From positions 1 through 32,055 of the forward strand of contig JAKRSG010000063.1 in NCBI GenBank assembly GCA_022402405.1: a DNA stretch of 32,055 nt, given 5' to 3'. Source of the stretch: Bacteroidia bacterium (GTDB lineage Bacteria; Bacteroidota; Bacteroidia; UKL13-3). The notes beneath the pieces are model-generated. The model saw nothing but the letters and a program-made list of their open reading frames with translations. It was not told the DNA's origin and ran no database searches. The position numbers and the translations under genes were made by a program. Shown piece by piece: positions 23,765-29,161 of this stretch (the first letter of the stretch is position 1; each line of letters begins with the position of its first letter).

Positions 23765-23810
23765 AGTTAATAATTTGATTCGAAATTCGTGAAACGGGGT
23801 ATGGTTGTTA

Positions 23811-23824
23811 CTGATAGCAGTCAG
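23811..23824. promoter_or_regulatory. CRP/FNR-type box CTGAT-agca-GTCAG, 47-60 nt upstream of the GT2 ATG
   Basis: Shares the TGAY-N4-RTCA core. Its centre is 52 bp from the perfect FNR box. Confidence 0.4.
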
Positions 23825-23862
23825 TTTTTTAATTGATTTATGTTAGTCTTCTGAGTATTATT

Positions 23863-23876
23863 TTGATCTGAATCAA
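23863..23876. promoter_or_regulatory. Perfect FNR-consensus box TTGAT-ctga-ATCAA
   Basis: Exact match to TTGAT-N4-ATCAA. It lies in the 133-bp gap between the crp/fnr stop and the GT2 start. Confidence 0.65.
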
Positions 23877-23897
23877 TTTATTTAAAAGGAATTGATT

Positions 23898-24584
23898 TTA
23901 CCTGTTGGCTAATTGAATTAATTCCTGACGTTTGGCAATTTTTATATACTTTTTGTGTAGTTCTACTAAGCCTTCACTTTGCCATGATTTTAGAATACGT
24001 ATGATGGTTTCTGATGCTAAACCAGTATAGGCGCCCAAGTCTTCGCGAGTGAGTTGAATTTGAAGGTAGTTCTCGGCGTTTACACCATATTTTCTTTCTA
24101 AAAATAAGAGCGCCTCTGCTAATCTTTCCTTACTTGTTTTCTGAATGAAAAATACCGATTTTTCCTCTACTTCACTTATAGTTTTGGCCATTAATTTTAG
24201 AAATCCCATCATAAATTTTTTATTATGCTCTAATAATATAATTACTAATTCTTTTGGAACAAGTAAGGTGGAACAATCTTCCAAAACTTCAGCTGTTGCG
24301 ATATATTTTCCATTTCCAACTAATCCTCTATAGCCGATAATATCTCCCTCAATAGCCAACGATAAAATTTGATTATTTCCATTGGCGCCAGTTTTATAAA
24401 GCTTCACTTTTCCACTTATCATAATATGAATATATTTTACAGTGTCTGACTCGGTGAAAAGGAGCTGACCCTTTTTGAATTTTTTTTCGTTACTCTGGGT
24501 TTCTATGATCGACCATTCTTTTTGAGTACAAGCGCCAAATAGTTTATTACATTCGAGGATTATTTTAATAATTAGATCTTCCAA
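23898..24584 (-). CDS. Crp/Fnr-family transcriptional regulator
   Basis: 228 aa with a cNMP-binding-like beta-roll (FKKGQLLFTESD...ISGKVKLYK) and the C-terminal HTH TREDLGAYTGLASETIIRILKSWQSEG, which resembles FNR ...GLTVETISRLL. It has only three Cys (C12, C19, C104), so it lacks the classical FNR 4-Cys arrangement. Confidence 0.9.
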   Translation of the reverse strand: MEDLIIKIILECNKLFGACTQKEWSIIETQSNEKKFKKGQLLFTESDTVKYIHIMISGKVKLYKTGANGNNQILSLAIEGDIIGYRGLVGNGKYIATAEVLEDCSTLLVPKELVIILLEHNKKFMMGFLKLMAKTISEVEEKSVFFIQKTSKERLAEALLFLERKYGVNAENYLQIQLTREDLGAYTGLASETIIRILKSWQSEGLVELHKKYIKIAKRQELIQLANR

Positions 24585-24600
24585 ATTAGATTTTGTTACA

Positions 24601-24652
24601 GTTTAACTCAACAAGTCGGGGTACAAACCAAACCCCAACAAGTGAGTTAAAC
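24601..24652 (-). other. Compound stem-loop between ytfE and crp/fnr
   Basis: The outer 10-bp stem is GTTTAACTCA / TGAGTTAAAC and the inner 5-bp stem is GGGGT / ACCCC, separated by a 6x6 internal loop. No U-tract follows on the minus strand. Confidence 0.4.
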
Positions 24653-24659
24653 CAATGAT

Positions 24660-25382
24660 TTAATTGGCTATACTTTCTTCCATTAATATGGCCTTAGGAA
24701 ACAATATATTATTCTCTAAATGCACATGTTGGTGGAGGTCGTCTTCAAATTCTTCTAGTTTGGCAAATAATGCTTTATAGGTATTGCAGGCCCAATCTGG
24801 TGTTGTGTATTGCTTACTTAATACGGCAATTTCTTTTAATAAATCTCCCGCTTTCTCATGCTCCATTTCCATCATGCGTATAGGGTTTTTGGCCGAACCA
24901 AATGGAGGTACATTCATCGTTGAGTTCGTTTTTTTTACTTGAACCAATTGCTTGATATAGGGAAATAATATTTGCTCTTCTTTTTGCATATGACTGTGTA
25001 ACTCGGCTGCTACTATTTTAAATAATTCTAAAATTTTGTAGAGTTCTGGACTTGCATTTCCATGCACTTTAGCTACTTTTTCGGCATATTGCAAGGTGAG
25101 AGGAATGTTTTCTGAAACATATACATGATGTGTGTTGATAATATATTCGCTTAAGAAATCAAGTTCCCAACCATTGAAGTTGTGAGATGGAAAAGTGTTG
25201 TTTCCAATAGCTGCAATATCTGCACTTAGTGCCTCTATATTTACTCCCTTTTTCTCGCAAGCCTTGGCAACACTTACCCCGCCACCACAACAAAAATCAA
25301 TACCGTATTTTTTAAATACATGCGCTGCTTTAATGTTCTCAGAAACAATTTCAGCAACTGTTCTTTCTTTTAATTCATTCAT
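24660..25382 (-). CDS. ytfE: Iron-sulfur cluster repair di-iron protein (RIC / YtfE / ScdA family)
   Basis: 240 aa with the N-terminal ScdA_N motif FKKYGIDFCCGGGVS and hemerythrin-like His/Glu motifs (HHVYVSE, HMQKEEQILFP, MEHEKAG, HVHLENNILFP). Confidence 0.9.
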   Translation of the reverse strand: MNELKERTVAEIVSENIKAAHVFKKYGIDFCCGGGVSVAKACEKKGVNIEALSADIAAIGNNTFPSHNFNGWELDFLSEYIINTHHVYVSENIPLTLQYAEKVAKVHGNASPELYKILELFKIVAAELHSHMQKEEQILFPYIKQLVQVKKTNSTMNVPPFGSAKNPIRMMEMEHEKAGDLLKEIAVLSKQYTTPDWACNTYKALFAKLEEFEDDLHQHVHLENNILFPKAILMEESIAN

Positions 25383-25406
25383 ATTAGTTGTTATTAACTG
25401 ACCTAA

Positions 25407-25497
25407 AATTCATACTTCATTCCCGCAGTGGCGGGATTTCGCTTTCGCTCAAAATTCGTTCCCGCAGTGGCGGGATTTCGCTATCGCTCAAAATTCG
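25407..25497. repeat. One 14-bp unit (aattcatacttcat) followed by tandem copies B and C of the hairpin repeat
   Basis: TCCCGCagtgGCGGGAtttcgctttcgctcaaaattcg is followed by TTCCCGCagtgGCGGGAtttcgctatcgctcaaaattcg, with a 39-bp period. The same element occurs at 11964..12003. Confidence 0.85.
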
Positions 25498-25546
25498 TAA
25501 TTGACTTTTGTTTCCTCTGCAAAGTTGCAACATTGTTTTTAATAAA

Positions 25547-25560
25547 GGATAATTTTATCC
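25547..25560. promoter_or_regulatory. Operator-like site S4, GGATAA-tt-TTATCC
   Basis: Perfect inverted repeat fitting GGAT-N6-ATCC. It shares the ATCCGA flank with site S3. Confidence 0.4.
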
Positions 25561-25571
25561 GATATTATTAT

Positions 25572-25585
25572 GTGATTTTTATCAG
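25572..25585. promoter_or_regulatory. CRP/FNR-type box GTGAT-tttt-ATCAG
   Basis: Matches TTGAT-N4-ATCAA at 8/10 positions. It begins 11 bp after the end of S4. Confidence 0.4.
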
Positions 25586-25683
25586 GGTTTGGTTTGCAGC
25601 AATAAGTTAACGAGAGAGAGAAGAAGTAGGAGTTTAAAGTTCACTTTTTTATAACCTTTAGTTAGCGTGCTATTTTTTTATTT

Positions 25684-25713
25684 TTTGTTTTGAAAATAAT
25701 TTAATTACATTTG
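25684..25713 (+). promoter_or_regulatory. Candidate Bacteroidota promoter for the tetR-efflux operon
   Basis: TTTG (25684..25687), an 18-nt gap, then TACATTTG (25706..25713), which matches TAnnTTTG. It lies about 85 nt upstream of ATG 25799. Confidence 0.4.
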
Positions 25714-25798
25714 CAGAGTGAATAATCACTAACATTAGGATTTCATTTTATATTTTCACTTATTAAGTGTAAATAAATTGGATTTAATAATAATTAAG

Positions 25799-26389
25799 AT
25801 GCCATTAGAAATATCAGGAAGACAATTAGAGATAGTAGAATGCGCCGGGAAAATATTAACTACTTCTGGGATTAGCGGGTTAACCATTAAAAATCTGGCT
25901 AAAGAAATGCAATTCTCTGAGAGTGCCATATATCGTCATTTTGCTAGCAAGGAAGAGATAATAATTTTAATGCTAAACTTTTTAGCAGAAAGTATGGATG
26001 AGCGTTATGAAAAGGCTATTTCTAACCAAGAAACTCCAGAAGAAAAATTTGTTAAACTATTTCAAAGTCAATTTTCTTTTTTCAAACAAAATCCGCACTT
26101 TGTTGTAGCGGTGTTCTCAGACGGACTAATGGAAGAGAGTATGCGTATTAATGAAGCTATATTGAAAATAATGACTATAAAAATGAAGCATTTACTTTCT
26201 ATTATTTCGGAGGGACAGCAAAAGAAAGTTTTTACTAATGCCATTACTTCTGATGAGTTAATACACATTGTTATGGGAACATTTAGATTACAAATGTTTA
26301 AATGGCGAATAGCAAATTTTCAATTTGATATTAGTAGGAATGGGGATAATATGATACAGTCGTTATTAACATTAATTAAAGCTAAATAA
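25799..26389 (+). CDS. TetR/AcrR-family transcriptional regulator
   Basis: Has the N-terminal HTH (ILTTSGISGLTIKNLAKEMQFSESAIYRHFASKEEI). I prefer ATG 25799 over the TTG at 25778. Confidence 0.85.
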   Translation: MPLEISGRQLEIVECAGKILTTSGISGLTIKNLAKEMQFSESAIYRHFASKEEIIILMLNFLAESMDERYEKAISNQETPEEKFVKLFQSQFSFFKQNPHFVVAVFSDGLMEESMRINEAILKIMTIKMKHLLSIISEGQQKKVFTNAITSDELIHIVMGTFRLQMFKWRIANFQFDISRNGDNMIQSLLTLIKAK

Positions 26390-26426
26390 ATAAATTAAAA
26401 TGTTACTAGTTTAACCAATATTTCCA

Positions 26427-26717
26427 ATGAAAAATCTAACAGAATTACATCTAACCAACAAAGAAGTGTCAGCCCAATTGCTTTTTAAAGGAGAACTCGG
26501 AACCACTACTGCTATTCAATTGCTTAGAAATGGGTCTTTGAAAGAACATGAAACTAAAACTCCAGCCTTACTACTATGCGTTTCTGGCTTCGTTACCTAC
26601 GAAGATGAGCTTGACCAAGAGATTAAACTTGAGGTGGGCGATTATATATCCATTTTACCCAATGTTAAACACTGGTTATATGCTTCGGTAGATTCTCATT
26701 TGTTATTAATCAAATAA
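26427..26717 (+). CDS. Small cupin-domain protein
   Basis: 96 aa with a beta-rich pattern (LKEHETKTPALLLCVSGFVTYE...GDYISILPNVKHWL), typical of single-domain cupins. Confidence 0.55.
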   Translation: MKNLTELHLTNKEVSAQLLFKGELGTTTAIQLLRNGSLKEHETKTPALLLCVSGFVTYEDELDQEIKLEVGDYISILPNVKHWLYASVDSHLLLIK

Positions 26718-26730
26718 AAAAATTTGAACT

Positions 26731-28050
26731 ATGAAGTTAGCGAATATTCACAAACATATTGTAGTTATATTTTTATTAATAGGATTACAGTCTGCCCATG
26801 CTCAGAATTGGTCGTTGCAACAATGCCTTGATACAGCTAGAGTTTATAATAAAAATTTACAAATGAGTAAAAACAATCTGGATATAGGTGAGCAAAAGAA
26901 GAAGGAAGCTCAATCTAATTTACTCCCTAAAATTGCGGCCAATTCAGATTACAAATACTTTACAAATTTGCCTTATCAGTTATTGCCTTTAAATGCATTA
27001 AATCCTGCAGCCCCTGTTGGGGAGTTTCGAGCAGCACAATTTGGGGTTCCACACAATCTCAACGCAAACATAACTTTATCGATGCCTTTGTACAATCCAC
27101 AGGTTTTTGGGGCTATTCAATCTACCAAAATCGCTTCAGAATTGGCTGATTGGCAATATCAAAAAACAGAAGAACAAATCTTTTTCGAAATATATAATCT
27201 TTATTACAATGCTCAAATATTGCATCACCAATTAGCTTTTATTGATAGTAATCTCATTAATGCCACTCGTATTCTTACAAACATGCAGCTGCTTAACGAA
27301 CAGTTATTGGCAAAAGGATCGGATGTAGATAAGTTAAAACTGCAAGTTTCGCAGTTAACTTCACAAAAAGTAACTATTCAAGGAAAGTATGAGCAGGTTC
27401 TAAATGCCTTAAAATTTGCTATGGGAATATCCATTCAACAGGCTATTCAAATTGCGCCTGATGTGGTATTTAATGAATATCAAAATTACAAACTATTGGT
27501 ATCAAAAGAATATCATATCAATAAAATGCAAAATAGATTATTGTTAAATGATTTAAGCATTCTTAACAAATCAAGATATTTACCTTCCATCCAACTGATT
27601 GGTTTGTATGGAACAAGCGGATTTGGTTATACTGAGAAGCCCAACTCTTTTTTCGATTTTTATCCAATTGGGTTTGCAGGAATTCAATTGAATTACCCAC
27701 TTTTTGCTGGAACAACAACACAACGAAAAATTAATCAGAAAAAAATAGAATTACGAATTGGTGAAATAAAATCTCAATTAATAAACGAGCAAAATACCCT
27801 GCAAATACAGAATAGTGAGCTGCAAAGAAATCTTGCTTTAAAATTGGTTCAAACAGCTAAAGAACAAATAAATTTAGCAAAAACTATTTATGAGCAAACA
27901 ATTCTCCAACAAAAATATGGAACAGCAAACTTAACAGATGTTTTGCTGGCAGATAATGCCCTTCGTGAAGCACAGCAAATATTCCTTAATACGGTTGTGG
28001 AATATTTAAAAGCTAATTTGGAAATGAAAAAGTTGACAGGAAACTTGTAA
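26731..28050 (+). CDS. TolC-family outer-membrane efflux protein
   Basis: 439 aa with a signal peptide (LQSAHA). It has the two-repeat coiled-coil/beta architecture typical of OEP proteins and sits first in a tolC-MFP-RND set. Confidence 0.85.
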   Translation: MKLANIHKHIVVIFLLIGLQSAHAQNWSLQQCLDTARVYNKNLQMSKNNLDIGEQKKKEAQSNLLPKIAANSDYKYFTNLPYQLLPLNALNPAAPVGEFRAAQFGVPHNLNANITLSMPLYNPQVFGAIQSTKIASELADWQYQKTEEQIFFEIYNLYYNAQILHHQLAFIDSNLINATRILTNMQLLNEQLLAKGSDVDKLKLQVSQLTSQKVTIQGKYEQVLNALKFAMGISIQQAIQIAPDVVFNEYQNYKLLVSKEYHINKMQNRLLLNDLSILNKSRYLPSIQLIGLYGTSGFGYTEKPNSFFDFYPIGFAGIQLNYPLFAGTTTQRKINQKKIELRIGEIKSQLINEQNTLQIQNSELQRNLALKLVQTAKEQINLAKTIYEQTILQQKYGTANLTDVLLADNALREAQQIFLNTVVEYLKANLEMKKLTGNL

Positions 28051-28094
28051 TGAATTACATAAAAACAATTTAAAATAGTAAATAAATTATCATC

Positions 28095-29150
28095 ATGAAC
28101 TGGAAAAAAATAGTAGGAATTATTTTAGGATTTGCTGTTGTGGCAGTCTTTGTAATAAAGTTAAAAGGCAATAAAAAAATAGCTGAGCAAAAGGTTTTTC
28201 AATTTGATAAAGAACAAGCTATTTATGTTGAAGTAGATACCTTAAAAATGGGTAAAATAACTGCTAACTATATGTATACTGGAACGTTTGAGCCAAACAG
28301 GGAAACAAAAATTAGCGCTGAAATACAAGGTAAGATTAATGAGATTTTGGTTGATGTTGGAAGTGTTGTAACTAAGGGTCAGCCTTTGGTACAACTAGAT
28401 AATTCATTATTAAAATTACAATTACAATCCATTGAAGTACAGATTGGGGGCTTAGAAGTTGATGTAAATCGATATTCAGTTTTAGCAAAGGCAGATGCCA
28501 TTCAGGGTGTTCAATTGGAGAAAGCAGAATTGGGTTTAAAATCTGCCAAGATCCAAAGAGCAACCTTGTTAGAACAAATAAATAAAACCACTATCAAAGC
28601 CCCATTTAGCGGAATTATTACAGCAAAACTAAATGAAGCAGGTGCATTTGCTGCTCCTGGGATTCCTTTACTTCAGTTAACTGATATAAGTGATTTGAAA
28701 TTTACTATAAATGTTCCAGAAAATGAGTTGAACCAATTTAAATTAAATAACCTTTATTCTTTAAAAGCCGATGCGTATTCTGAAATTTCACTAACTGGAA
28801 AAGCTTTTGTTATTGGAAGTAAGGCAAATATGGGTAGTAGTTTTACTATACAGTTTTTGCTTAAAAACACCTCGGATTTGAAAATAAAATCGGGGATGTT
28901 TGGTAAGGTAGTTTTAGAAAATGATAATCAAGAACAAGGTATTGTTATCCCTGTTTCTGCCATCGTTGGCTCTAATAATCAACCGCAAGTTTACTTAGTA
29001 AAAAACGGCAAATCTGTTTTACAGAGTATTACTATTTTAAAAAAGTTGCAAAATCAAGCAGTGGTATCGCATGGATTAAACGCTGGTGATGTAATGGTAA
29101 CAAATGGATTTATCAATCTATTTGAGGGTGCAAATGTGTTGGTTAAATAA
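28095..29150 (+). CDS. Efflux RND periplasmic adaptor (MFP/HlyD family)
   Basis: 351 aa with an N-terminal anchor, a lipoyl-like motif (ISAEIQGKINEILVDVGSVVTKGQPLVQLD), a coiled coil, and TTIKAPFSGIIT. Confidence 0.9.
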   Translation: MNWKKIVGIILGFAVVAVFVIKLKGNKKIAEQKVFQFDKEQAIYVEVDTLKMGKITANYMYTGTFEPNRETKISAEIQGKINEILVDVGSVVTKGQPLVQLDNSLLKLQLQSIEVQIGGLEVDVNRYSVLAKADAIQGVQLEKAELGLKSAKIQRATLLEQINKTTIKAPFSGIITAKLNEAGAFAAPGIPLLQLTDISDLKFTINVPENELNQFKLNNLYSLKADAYSEISLTGKAFVIGSKANMGSSFTIQFLLKNTSDLKIKSGMFGKVVLENDNQEQGIVIPVSAIVGSNNQPQVYLVKNGKSVLQSITILKKLQNQAVVSHGLNAGDVMVTNGFINLFEGANVLVK

Positions 29151-29161
29151 ATTCAATAAAA

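Noticed and set aside
25407-25497. Possible CRISPR array, given the GC-rich palindromic repeats
   Set aside because: There are only two directly abutting copies with no spacers. A third copy lies 13 kb away, no cas genes are present, and the repeat ends are joined to an unrelated 14-mer. This is a REP/MITE-like repeat instead.
25428-25610. 60-aa plus-strand ORF (MAGFRFRSKFVPAVAGFRYRSKFV...)
   Set aside because: Its N-terminal half is simply the translation of the two tandem hairpin repeats. It lies in a divergent promoter region and has no coding features.
16131-26268. Other short antisense ORFs (16131..16361, 18556..18741, 23220..23516, 24145..24333, 25195..25401, 26068..26268, and also 28372..28563)
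   Set aside because: Each lies wholly or mostly within a confidently assigned gene on the opposite strand.
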